Below are positions 38,995-50,630 of a stretch of DNA of 64,000 bases, piece by piece. The notes under the pieces were generated by a model. The model was not told the DNA's origin. It saw only the letters and a program-made list of their open reading frames with translations, and did not search any database. The position numbers and the translations under genes were made by a program. Origin of the DNA: Podarcis filfolensis (Eukaryota). Position 1 is the stretch's first letter, and every line of letters starts with the position of its first letter. Location of the stretch: the NCBI GenBank assembly GCA_964270895.1, contig OZ185447.1; one strand, written 5' to 3'.

Positions 38995-39340
38995 TAAAGT
39001 GAATGGACTCTGCAGAAATGGCAAAATTAATGGGAAGAATAAGGAATCAAGAAGAAATAACGAAGAATGGGGGGAAATTGTGGATTGTCTTAAAAACTAT
39101 TGCAAACAACTAAACACATTAGCAGGATTAATCTAAAAACAAGCAGTTAAAAGGTTGATTTAAAAGTAAACTAGAGAGTAACTAAGTAAAAGGTGTAAAG
39201 AGATGCAGTTTTGGAAATGATCTTATACGAAACTACAGAAGGGAAGGAGGGAAGTCAAACTGAGTATGTACTGATCTACATGTGATTATTGTTAAACTGA
39301 AAACTGAAAAATAAAATTTATAAAAAAATAAAAGAAAGTG
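38995..39340 (+). mobile_element. L1-clade LINE extreme 3' end
   Basis: GRIRNQEE...EWGEIVDCLKNYCKQLNTLAGLI*, then 3'UTR and an A-rich tail. Confidence 0.6.
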
Positions 39341-40361
39341 TTATAGTTGCAGAACAGAAGAAGAGCCTGATGTGTCAGGTCAATGGCTCATCTAGCCTGG
39401 CATAATATTCTTATGGTGGCCAACCAGTTGCCTGTGGGAAACCAGCAAGCGGCGCATGAGCACAAGAACATGCTCCCCTTCTGTGGTTTCTAGCAACTGG
39501 TATTCAGAATATGCCTCTGATCAGGAAGACTATAGCTAACATGGCTAGTAGCCATTGATAGCCTTGTCATTCATGAATTTGTCTAATCCTCTTTCAAATC
39601 CATCTAAGTTTATTTATTTATTTTATTACATTTATATCCCACCTTTTTCTCTAAGGAACTCAAAGTTCTCCTCTTCCTCATCAGTGCTGTAAAATGAAAG
39701 TTCCTGGACTCACTTGGATTGCCAAACAAAGACACCAGCCAAGAAAATAGGAGCAAAGCAGCAGCCAGTAGGCCTGATCTTTATTCAAAAGACGGTTGCA
39801 ACAGAACTTCCACCCATCACATGGGAGAAGCAGAATGAAGCCCTGAACAAAGGGGTGCTCCCTCTTTTACAAGTTTTCCCTTTTTCCCATGAACACCTCA
39901 GGTGACGCATCATGCATACATCACAGATGCATCATTCATATGTCACAAACAGGGAGGAGTTTTCTGGTAGAAACCAGTTTGTCAGGTTTGCCCCCCAACC
40001 TCCCTTGCCCACCACCACACACCCATCAAGTGATACAACAGGAATATTTACATTTCCCTGGTTTTCCCAGTCAGGTAATCACACTCCTTTGTCCTGACTG
40101 AGGACCCAATCCATTCCTGGATGGTTTGCCATTGTCCATGGGATGACTGCCTGTCTGGCACCCATCTGCCAGGATGCCAGTGATTATCTCTTGTGCAAGA
40201 GGCTGCTGTGTACGTGATCCCAGCTTTCATGGATTATGGCTGCCCACATCCCAGACACTCCCCCCCTGTAGCCATTCCTTTCCTGAATAGAACAAAGTTG
40301 GTGGAAATCCATACTGGAGCGATTTTATATGACTTTCTAAAGTTTTCCCAGTGAGCCAGTA

Positions 40362-41195
40362 CAGTGGTACCTCGGGTTACAAACATTTCAAGTTATGTTT
40401 TTTCGGGTTACGAACGATTTTAACCTGGAAGTAAGTTGTCTGAGCTCTCGGAGGCCTCGCCGCTGCCTGAAGCCAAGCCCCGACATCCGCAGGATGCCCA
40501 GCAGGTTGCATCCCAGCCCCAAAGTTAGGTAAGGAACACTTCTCTAACAAAGACCAAGAGCAGTGAAGCTGTTAAGAAAACAAAGGTGAGCCTGGGCCGA
40601 CAAGCTCTTGACCAACCCTTGCCCCACCCCCAGCCGTAGCAAGATGGGTGGCACCTAGCCAGGTAAACCCACCTATCCTATGGGAGGTGGGGGAGTGTAA
40701 AATTTTGGGATTCTGCAAGGGATTTGGGGATTTGTTTATGTGAGCCTGCCCTGTGCCTTTGCCTCTGCTTTGCTGCTTCATTTGGGGGACTTCTGGGGGA
40801 CTCTGCCTTCTGCCATTGTTTGGGGGATCGTGTGGGGTTTGGGGTTCAGCTACTGGTTGACTGTGTGACTGCAGAAATGGATAAAAGCCCCCCATCCAAA
40901 CAATCATCAGTGCATGTAAGAAAAAAAATTAAGTTAATTTTTTAATCTACAATGCTATCTTATTTATTTTATAGTACAGTACACTGATTATTGCCTTCAT
41001 TTTATGGATCAATGGTCTCGTTAGACATTAAGATTCATGTTAAATTGCTGTTTTAGGGGGTGTTTTTCATTTTCTGGAACGGATCAATCCACTTTTCCAT
41101 TACTTTCAATGGGAAAGTGCGCTTCAGGTTCAGAACGCTTCAGATTAAGAATGCACTTCCAGAACCAATTAAGTACTTAACCTGAGGTACCACTG
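40362..41195. mobile_element. Tigger-like non-autonomous Tc1/mariner element
   Basis: ta|cagtggtacctcgggtta...taacctgaggtaccactg|ta; interior 40440-40880 unidentified. Confidence 0.75.
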
Positions 41196-41399
41196 TACAT
41201 ATCAGTGAATTGTTGCATTTGGTAATGTGCAGCAGAGGCCCTTTGAATAGAGATAGGAAAAAACTGTGATGAAGTGTTTTGTGGGGACATTTGCAGGAGT
41301 GATTGTGTTGAGTTTGGTAGTCGGTGTGTGTGTGTATGATGTCTGCTGGAGGTCCAACCCCCCCCCCCGCACCTTTACATAAATTCCTGCAACAATGCA

Positions 41400-41545
41400 A
41401 TCACCACAACAACCGTGTGAGGTAGTTTAGGCTGAGAGGCAGTGACTGGCCCAGAGTCACCCAATGAGCTTCAGGACCAAGTGAGGATTTGAACCTTGGT
41501 CTCCCAGATCTTAGTCCAACATTCCAACCACGCTGCCATTCCAGC
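41400..41545 (-). mobile_element. MIR/CORE-like tRNA SINE
   Basis: acaacaaccgtgtgaggtag...gactggcccagagtcacccaatgagc...atttgaaccttggtctcc. Confidence 0.65.
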
Positions 41546-42952
41546 TGGTAGCCATCACTGCCTCCTGTGAGAGCGAAGGCCATAATTTAAACTATGTGCT
41601 GCGTGATGAAGTACTTTCTTTTATTAATCCTGAATCTTCCAACATTCAGCTTCATTGAGTATCCACAAGTTCTAGTGTTGTGACAGAGGGAGAAAAACTT
41701 GTCTCTCTCCACTGTCTCCATGCCATGCATCATCTCATAAACTTCTATCATGTCACCTCTTTATCACATTTTTTCCTAACCAAAAATCCGCAAATGCTGC
41801 AGCCTGCCCTCATTGGGTAGTTGTCCAGTTCCCTTGACGCTGCTCTCCATGATGCAACTGATGAAGAGCAATGCCCAGTGGCTGAGTGTGGGCTAAGGGC
41901 CCAGGTTCAAACTCCAGTTAGAAGCCTCTTTCTTTAAGGCCGCTAAATAATTTTTGGCAAGGTGCAGAATTGGAGTTGGGCTCAGGGGACTCGTGGTCTG
42001 AATCTATATGAGACTGGTTCAGATGCATTCATATGGTCAAGACTAAGGAAGATGCTAGGGCTGTCCAGGGGTCAAATCCAAAAGAGTATGCCAGTCAGAA
42101 GCAATTTGTTAAGAGGAGCAAAAACAAAACAAAAAAAACGAGCAAGAGGTCCATCACAAACAGGATGAGGGGAAGAAACTCTGAAGAAAGGTTCCACAAG
42201 CAGGAGAGAGAGTAAGTCCTGATGTCTCCTGCTCTTGCTCAAGTACTTAAGAGTTTTCTAAATGGAAGAGTGTCAGCTTCCTTTCCACTCTGGATTTCTT
42301 TCTCGTTCATCTCAGAATCAAGCCGGGAGCACTATATGTACATGGGGCTGTGAGAGCATTATTTGGGGGCAGTGGCTGCCAAGAGTTGGACTCCAAGCTC
42401 CCATCAGCCTCAGCCAGATTAGCCAATGGTCAGGGATTGTGGGGTTGTACTCCAAGAACATCTGGAGTGCACTGTGCTGGCTACCCATTTTGTAAACGTT
42501 GACTGAACCTGGCAACCTTACTGCATGTCCACAGGCATATGCTGTCAGGCAAACAAGAAACATTGGGTGCTGGACATTTCTTGTGCAATTTAATCCTTTT
42601 GTGTTTAAATAACTAGTACAGTAACAAGATGACCTTGGCTTTCAGCCTAGTGTTTCTTAGATACAGTGGCTGAAAATGACTTTCCTATAGTTAAGGCCTG
42701 TAAATAAAAGCTAAAGCTAAGCAGCCGTTTCTCAAATAAGGGAGATGTCTAAAGCTTGCTTTGGATTTATTATTTAGGCCCTCGTGATTTTGTTGTGAGC
42801 ATTAACTTTTAAACAGAATTAATGATCAGCCCCCAAATTCATTGTTCATCTCATTACCTTCCGTTCTGCAGTAGCCACCTGCAAGCATACGGTAACTGCA
42901 GTCAGGGAATGGCTCTTTCTGCCGAGAGATGGATGTGGAGAAAACAACAGTA

Positions 42953-43143
42953 CAGTGGAACTGTTCTTAAACCAAGGTGCACTTCCCCTAATGAAGCCTC
43001 CCACTGTCGGTGCCCTTCCACCATTCGGATTCCGTTCTTAGACTGAGGTAAAGTTCTCAAACCAGGACACTATTTCCAGTTTTGCGGAGTTTGTAAACTG
43101 AATTGCTCTTAAACTGGACTGTTCTTAAACTGAGGTACCACTG
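42953..43143. mobile_element. Tc1/mariner MITE
   Basis: ta|cagtggaac...tgaggtaccactg|ta. Confidence 0.75.
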
Positions 43144-43794
43144 TAAATGCAACTATGGGAACAAGAAGCTACTGCGTCAGGAAAAGAAGAAGTACCCAAC
43201 TGTTCATGGAAAGGAAGAGGCTAGAATGGGGATAGCACTGGGGAAAACCTAGAGTGACACCAGACATCTGACTGAATGTAAGCATACAATACTGCACAGT
43301 AGCTGAAGAAATCCACTGCTGTGAAACTAGGTTTTGTCTCAACAGAGACCATGTCTCATAAGAGGGAAGGTCCCAGCCTCAGACTGCCTTATTATATAAA
43401 GCCTGAGCAAGCTGATATGGAGAAAAGAGAAGAGCTGTGGTTCAGTCTGATGCATGTGAAGAAGCTGAGCAGGAGCAATTGCAGTACTGGGAGGTGGTGG
43501 CCCAGGGAAATAGATGAAGGACCAGCAAATCCTGATCTGCAAAAGAATTGGTGGGGTTGTCGTCTTTTCTGCTGGTCCTGCTCCTTTGCCTTTAATAACA
43601 ATCAGAAAATTGGCTGAGGATTCTCTTTTTCACCACATCACTATGCTGCTAATTTCCTGCAAGTCAGGCTGCTCTTAGAGTTACAGGAGTAAGACCTGAA
43701 TAAAATTAGCACCAGCAGCAGCAGCAGCAGTAGTGGAAATTTCCCCACCCAGCATCTAATTTCCTGTGGAGGGAAATGAGATGGAGGGAACAGA

Positions 43795-43968
43795 GGAAGC
43801 TTCCTTATACTGGGGCTCGACCCTTGCGCCATCTAGCTCAGCATTGTCCACACTGACTGGCAGGGTTTCAGGCAGGGGAAATCCCCAGTCTGACCTGGAG
43901 GTGCCATTGGGGATTGAACCCGGGACCTTCTGTGTGTAAATCAGATGCTCTTCCACTTAGCAGTGGCC
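43795..43968 (-). mobile_element. tRNA-derived SINE resembling Squam3
   Basis: gggattgaacccgggaccttctg (B box, reversed) and a ccatctagctcagcattgtccacactgactggcag body. Confidence 0.7.
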
Positions 43969-44824
43969 CTTTCCAGGGAAGAACCTGTTTGCAAAGTGTG
44001 CAGGGCTGCCACCTCTTCACTGGGCCTATTTCTCTGCCCTGGTGAATGGCACACAAAAAATTTACCAGGGGAACATTCTCCACGAGATAACCACGTTGTG
44101 AGTTGGGTGGGGTGGGGGAGTGTTAGCTGGCATGATACCTGAGTCCCTTTTACTTCCAGGGTCCTGGATCCAGCAAGGGTTGAAATCTAATGGAGGATTC
44201 CATTGTTGAACTAGTCAGGCCAGTTTCTTTGTGAGAGAATGGCTCTGTGCCAGAGGCCTTTGCCCTCACCTGGCTGGCAGTTCGAAGACAAAAGCGAGGG
44301 CAGTTGTGTGAGAGCTGGGCTAGCAGCAGGCAGAAGCTGAGAGATTTGCTTGATTATCTGCTAGAATCCAAGGCTGTGACTATGGAAAAAGCGAGACCTT
44401 TTGCGGTGTTAATGCTGTGAGCTCCTCCATCTTAGGCTCAGGTTGTATTGAAACTACTGCCTCCTGCGTTGTTTTTGCTGTGTTAGCAGCAGTGGATTGA
44501 CCTCCCCAGGATGCAAGCCTGGGCTGCCCAAACCACAAGACCCCCCTCTTGGCCTCGCTGATGTGGTCCAAAGAGAAACAGAGCAATACATTTGGCACCA
44601 GCTGGGCTGCCGGAGTTGCCGGAAGGAGGTCTACAAGATGCTACCCAACCGTCTTAACGACTCCACTCCAGATTTGTGTCACTTTACTCCTGAGCCTTTT
44701 CTTCTCCCAAAGATGTCCCACAAGGCAGCGGGTATAGATTTTTCCTTAGGGTTTACTCCTGTAGCTTTTCTTATGAATGTGTATAGCCACAAGGCAGTGG
44801 AGGTTTAGGATGTATATACAGTGA

Positions 44825-45133
44825 CAGGGCCTTCTTAAGTATATCCGGCACCGTCATGCAAAGATCCCTCTGGCGGGTGGCCCCCCCATTTCCTTTTTAC
44901 AGCGCTGCCGGCAGCTTTGTGGGGCTGAAGGAGGTGGGCAGCGGCTAGAGGGCGGCTCCTCCAGCGGGGAAGAGGCGGAGGCTACGGGCACGGTGCTGCT
45001 TCAGTGAGGCGGCTGAGGGTGGCAAGCTGATGCCGGGAGGTGCCATGCCCAGCCTCTGCCTCTTCCCATGCGCCCTCCAGAACTTGGCGCCCTGGTGCCC
45101 TGCGCCACTTGCCTCTATGGGCAAGACGCCCCT
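44825..45133. mobile_element. GC-rich hAT-type MITE
   Basis: Ends cagggccttctt...aagacgcccct; TSD not found. Confidence 0.5.
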
Positions 45134-45136
45134 CTA

Positions 45137-45362
45137 AAGTAGTACCTCGGGTTAAGAACTTAATTCGTTCCGGAGTTCCGTTCTTAACCTGAAACTGTTT
45201 TTAACCTGAGGTACCACTATAGCTAATGAGGCCTCCCGCTGCTGCCGCGCCGCCGGAGCACGATTTCTGTTCTCATCCTGAAGCAAAGTTCTTAACCCAA
45301 GGTACTATTTCTGGGTTAGCGGAGTCTGTAACCTGAAGCGTCTGTAACCCAAGGTACCACTG
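45137..45362 (-). mobile_element. Tc1/mariner MITE, same family as 37-259
   Basis: Reverse-complement match to 37-259; TA flanks. Confidence 0.85.
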
Positions 45363-47329
45363 TATGTGTAAATAAACCATGTATCACAAAACACCAAAGT
45401 CTCCACTGCCCATGGATTCGGTTCACCTGGAACTCAGAGATGGAGCGGGGAGTGTGACAATAATAATTCCACCTGAATAAGTGACAGTAAGAGCTCCAAC
45501 TATGTCAAGCTCTGTGAAAGTTACAAGAGTAAAAACTAAAAAGTGCCACTTTAGTCCTTTGTTGCATGCACAATCTTGCCTTGGTGCCATTTTGTTTCTC
45601 GTAAAGTAAACAGAGAATCAGAAATAGCATCAGATGGGGAGATACAAGTGAAGACATCACTCTGTGCCAGCAGACCCTGCTGCTGTTCAGATATGGCACA
45701 GCAAGCAGAGTCAGCATCAGAACCTGGCATCTCTGGGCAGCTGCCAGGGAGAAAAGTGGATGTGCCACTGCTGCTGTTCTTGGGATCTTTCTGCTAGACA
45801 TCCGGATCAAATAGTGGCCCACTATTATAATTACCCACAATGCCAGTGCACTAGAGTGATGCTCTGTCATGGGCATTGTGGGTAATTTTGAGTGTGGGTG
45901 GCTCACAACCATCTAGCATAGACTGTATTACTGCTCCTACTCCTGCTTCTGCTGTCATCTGCCATCAAATAGGGGAGCCCACTCTCCCACCTGCTCTGGA
46001 GCTGGCTCTGAACCTCAGCTGCCAGTGACACCTTGATTTCAATGAGGCTGCTGCAGGAGCACAAAATTTTATTGTTTCTATCACAGTTATAATTTTAGAT
46101 AGGTCCCAAAGCATTAGAGAAGTCTAATATGTTTTCTAACACTACAGCTCATGGCAAAGAATTCCTGACTACCTGTGCCATTCTTGTTGAAAGCTTAATC
46201 TTGACCTTAAGAAACTGTGCTGAATTTATGGGAGTTATATTCTTGCTGAATTGTTTCCTAAATACATTCTTGTGTCAGTAAAGACAAAGAGCTTTGTCTG
46301 TGGATTATGTTTAAATCCTGCTGTAATATGTCAGTCAGATCTCGCAGGAAATGAGATTGAGTAATGAAAAAAGTGCACAGAGCTTCTGTTAATCCAAAAT
46401 GTAAAAAACGTTTTCCATCCCAATTCCCATTGACTCAAAGTATGTTAAAAATTTGGTAATGAAACTGGAGCTGTACAACATCTACATATATAATCACCTT
46501 TCTTTATCAAAGTAGTGTAGGAAACAGTAATGGATTGTGGATTTAATTGCTTGTTTTCAAAGCTTTCCTTGTAAACCAAGGAAGCACTTGTTCTTCCTTT
46601 TCCAGAGGAGAAAACTGGTATAGCATAGAAAGAGCACTCAGAGGTTAGGTACTCTGCAAACTCACCTAGCCCAGGAGAAGAGGAGAAGAAGAAATTGGGG
46701 TTTCCAAACAGGGTTTCTGATGGGAAGAGAAGCAGGATGAGGCCCACCATATTTCCTTCCCTCCCAGGCAGCTGATAGGTGATGATTTTGGCTTTTTATA
46801 ACTGGTACAAGAGTACAACCTCAGTTTTATTGTTCATGTTGAGGCTTGGATGTGGAACTTTTGCATCTAATGATCCAAATGTGGGGCATTTGGAATAGGG
46901 TAACATTTTAGAACAGAACAAGCCAGGTACATCACCTGGTGGGGAATTTGTGTCTTTTCAGTGTGGGATTTTTTGGCACAAGGCACTTTCAGAGTGCCCA
47001 AGAAAATATCATTTATGCTTGCAGAATGCAGGCTTCATTTACTAACATTTCACTGACTAATGGAGATGGGGAAAGAATGGAATGGCAAAGTGGACTGCAG
47101 GCTGAAATTAACATAAAATTGTAGTGCATGATGCTGAAAGCAGGAAGTAAGGATTAATGAAGATATAGAGCACTCTAAAGGTACAACGTAGTGTTACAGG
47201 GCAACTAGGTATCCATGACTCCCTGAGAACACTAATGCAGAGCGGGGGATGGCTGGGGAAAGGATGCTTGACAAATTACCGTACATCTTTGTGAATTCTA
47301 ATATAAACCGACCTTATCCGTACCTCTGT

Positions 47330-47440
47330 TAGGGTTACCATCTGTCCAGTTTTCCTCAGACATGTCCGGGATTCCAAGGGCGAAATCACTATCTGGGTGG
47401 AAATGTTTTTAAAAAACCTCCCAAATGTCTGGGTTTTTGC
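47330..47440 (-). mobile_element. Isolated hAT (Blackjack/Tip100-like) terminus
   Basis: tagggttaccatctgtccagttttcc...gacatgtcc is the reverse complement of the ends at 49504 and 62657. Confidence 0.6.
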
Positions 47441-48859
47441 AATCAGAATCAGAAGAGTGTGTGCAAGTATCACTCTTTACTTTTTCCTATCTCTATGGAT
47501 CTGCCTGCTCTCTGTATAACGAAGACTTGCTTTGTAAGCAGAACCAGGCAGTGAGCATACGAGGATGAGTCTTCTTTAAAAATATTATTTTTGCATTTTC
47601 AATTTTACACTATACAAACAGAATTTAAAAATAAATAAACGTAAAATCCCCTTTGACTCCCCCCCCCCTTTGTGGATCTTCATACAATGTATCCTTGTCT
47701 CTATGGGGCACCTGCATTGTGCATGCTGGGATGGGTCAGATCCAGCAGATCTCACGCAATGATAATATTTAAGGAAGGTATATGCTCAAGACATCCTCAG
47801 GGAAGAACAGCCAACTTTTATGTTCACACTGGTACTAAATGGGTGAGAACAAGTGACCACAAGAGTATATGGGCCAAGCAACATGGTACCTGGAGCAAGT
47901 TTCTTCTAAAAGTGACTGTGGGGGTGGGGTAATTTGGATCGGGGCCATGGAAAGTTGAATCATCTCCTGGACTTGCTATTTGTCCTCTTGGAGAAAATGT
48001 ATGAGCCACAAGCCCTTTTAGGTCTTCAATTTTTTAAAAAATGTGTCAGTTTTTGAGCCCATTTATACAACTACAGAAGCTAGATGCTCTGCTTTCTAAA
48101 AAGAGGCTTATTTTCTAAGTTCTAGCAAGTTGCACCCAGCGGAGCCATTTCAAATCTCAGTCAATTTCAGGGAGGCAGCTGGAGGACGGTTACCAGGGAA
48201 GCTGCCTACACAGCAGATGGGAAGTCTCCGGAGGCCAAACAGGCCGGGCAGCACTCAGGTGGCAGCACAGCTGAGAATGGCAAAGCCCAGCTTCTCTCGG
48301 CTTTATCAACGTGTAAATAATAAAGACAACTGCCTTGCTGCAATACATTCAGTTTATTCACCCCATCATCAAGGAGCAAGGCTGAAAGGGCAGCTTTGCA
48401 TGCTGCTTTCTGAGCAGTTGAGCCACTTGTGGCTCCGCAACAGGGGAACTGCTCTTCAGAGCACTCTGAAATGTAGCCTTATCTAGGTTAGAAGGATCAT
48501 TCTTCCTTCTTTTTTTAAAAATGTTAGTCACTTTATCTGCCCCAAGGCACCCCAAAGTGACTTACAACCAACCAACCAAAACCCCACATAGATACAGTAC
48601 TTTAAAACCAAGGGTGGGGGGGAAGCAGAGCGGCCGGGAGAGAAATGCATTAAAAACATCCCCCCCACTTCTAAAGGCCAAAGAGAATTAAGGCCCCAAG
48701 GCCTGGCTCCGGAGGGATGGTTTTGCCTGGCCATATTCTGCAGAGCAACAAAAGAGGCTGCCCAAGAGAGAAAGACAGGACAGGTGTCTTAAGGCCCCGC
48801 TGTCCCACAGAACCAAGGCAGCGAAGAAGGAAGGAGCTGGGCGAGAGGGGTGGAAATAG

Positions 48860-49260
48860 GTTTCTATATCTGATTATTCAGATCCAATACACCCCGCTCG
48901 CAAAAAGCCCCATTCAGACTTTTCCAAAGGCTTCTCCCTCTTCCAGCCACCTGGCGAGGGGGGCTCTCCTTCGGGCAGCAAGGGAGACCCCGCACTCCGG
49001 GCGCGCAGAGGGAGGGAGGCAGGCGGGGCGCGGCGGCCCCTTCCTCCCGGCTTCGCCCGCCGCCCCTCCGGGAGCCCCGGCAGCGCCTCCTTCCTGCGCC
49101 CAGAGCGGGGAGGCCGGGCGGGCGGGCGGGCGGGAGCAGGAGCTCGCCTTCCGGGGAAAGATCCAGCCTGGGGCAGAGTTCCCCTGGCTGAGCCGGAGCT
49201 GTGGTGGGAGGAAGGAAGGAGCACCAAGGCGGGGCAGGAGAGGAGCACAAAACCCCGGAC
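48860..49260. promoter_or_regulatory. CpG-island-like segment with GC boxes
   Basis: Visibly the most CpG-dense stretch outside young TEs; GGGCGG repeats at about 49115-49135; CTCF-like TCGCCAGGTGGCTG on the minus strand near 48943-48956. Confidence 0.55.
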
Positions 49261-49303
49261 ATTTTGCTAAATTTTAAAAATCCACCTGGATAGACATTTT
49301 GAC

Positions 49304-49446
49304 CAGTGCTTTTTTTCTTTAAAATGTTTAGGGGTATCTCATTTCCCTACTCATATTGAAATACTGCCCCTCAATGAGGCCAAACTTAGATTCACAAAAT
49401 GTTTAGGGGTATGTGTACTCCTGCGTCCCCCCAGAAAAAAGCACTG
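49304..49446. mobile_element. hAT MITE, short form nested in the Blackjack-like element
   Basis: TIRs cagtgctttttt...aaaaaagcactg; perfect 8 bp TSD attttgac (49296-49303, 49447-49454). Confidence 0.88.
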
Positions 49447-49509
49447 ATTTTGACCTTAAAAAAAGAGGACATGTCCAGGAAAAACTGGACGTATGGCAAC
49501 CCTAAGGAT

Positions 49510-50630
49510 ATATAGTGAAGGCAGCAAGTGAGCCTCCCTGGGGAGAGCATTCCACCAGCAGGGAGCCACCACAAAAAAGGCCCGTTCTCATGCTGCCACC
49601 CTCCAGGCACACACAGAAGGGCCTCCGCTGACCACCACAGGGTCGGGTTGGTGCATATGGGGAGAGGCAGCCCTGGAGGTATTGCGGTCCTGAGCCATTG
49701 TCACGGTTGGCACAATGCAACACAGTAGCCAGAGTCTTAATTCCCCAAACAGCAGCTTTTTCTCTCCTTTTTGTAAATCTTTTAATATTGATGTATTGAT
49801 TAACAAACCCCGCTTTTCTTTGAAATGATTTGAAGGCAGCTGACAAGAATCAAGTAAAACAATCAAATAAGAACAAAAAAGAAAACCTGTAAGAATTAAA
49901 AAGTTGCAGATGTTAAAACAGTCATCAAAAGGCACACCCCCAAATTTAAAAGTAGAAAAATATCTGCATCCAACGTTAGAAGACCTCCGAGTGCTCCAAG
50001 CAGAATGTAGTTGGGATAGATGCAACCCAGCTCCCAACAGAGGAAGGTCTTTACAAGGCCATTCAACTGGACACAGCTATTGGAAAGGCCTTCTCCTCAG
50101 TTGAGATTCAGGGGTTGCTGGGACACGCAAGAGCGCTTCTGTCGGAGTTATTGATAGGCAGGCAGACTCTTACAGGGAAAGGAGGTTCTCAAGATGTCCT
50201 AGTTCCAAACCTCAGTGGCTTTTATGACTGAGAGAAGGGCCACAGTAATTGTATACCTGCCTAATCTTGCTCTGATTTCTTACCAAGGAGAGCTGATATG
50301 AGGTAGTATGCTGCCATTTCCTTTGACTTTAGTAGAACAGAGTTTTGTATTGTATTTATTTGTATACTGTCCTATAGTCACAGGTCTCAGGGCAGTTATA
50401 ACATAAAATCACAATATAAAAGTACAAAATACATAATAAAAACAATAATGACCTGATATCCCCCCCCAACACATATTAAAAGGGCACTGAATGTCAATCA
50501 GTCAAAGGCCTGGTTAAAGAGGAACGTTTTTGTCTGACGCTTAAACTGTGCAAGCTGAACGTCCCTGGAGAGTGCATTCCACAAACGGGGAGCCATTGCA
50601 GAAAAGGCCCATTATCTGCAGAGTTGGGTG
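49510..50630 (-). mobile_element. Degraded L2 3' fragments (49510-49730 and 50370-50630)
   Basis: GPQYLQGCLSPYAPTR-type motifs and L2 tail sequence (ttaaagaggaacgttttt...gcattccacaaacggggagcc). Confidence 0.6.

Larger units (their letters stand above)
48723..49504. mobile_element. hAT (Blackjack/Tip100-like) element with CpG-island interior
   Basis: Right TIR ggacgtatggcaacccta. Left subterminal gccatattctg..gagcaa.aaaagagg is shared with 59485. No TSD found. Confidence 0.55.

Noticed and set aside
39688-40330. Possible minus-strand solo LTR
   Set aside because: It starts TGTAA and has a reversed AATAAA, but I found no convincing CA end with a matching TSD.
48717-49277. 186 aa ORF over the CpG island as a first coding exon, e.g. 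EPB41L4B
   Set aside because: No similarity to the EPB41L4B N-terminus as I recall it. Long ORFs in several frames are expected in GC-rich DNA, and it ends in MITE sequence.
47330-49504. Composite 2.2 kb transposon formed by two inward-facing hAT ends
   Set aside because: The 8 bp flanks (acctctgt, aggatata) do not match; independent copies are more likely.
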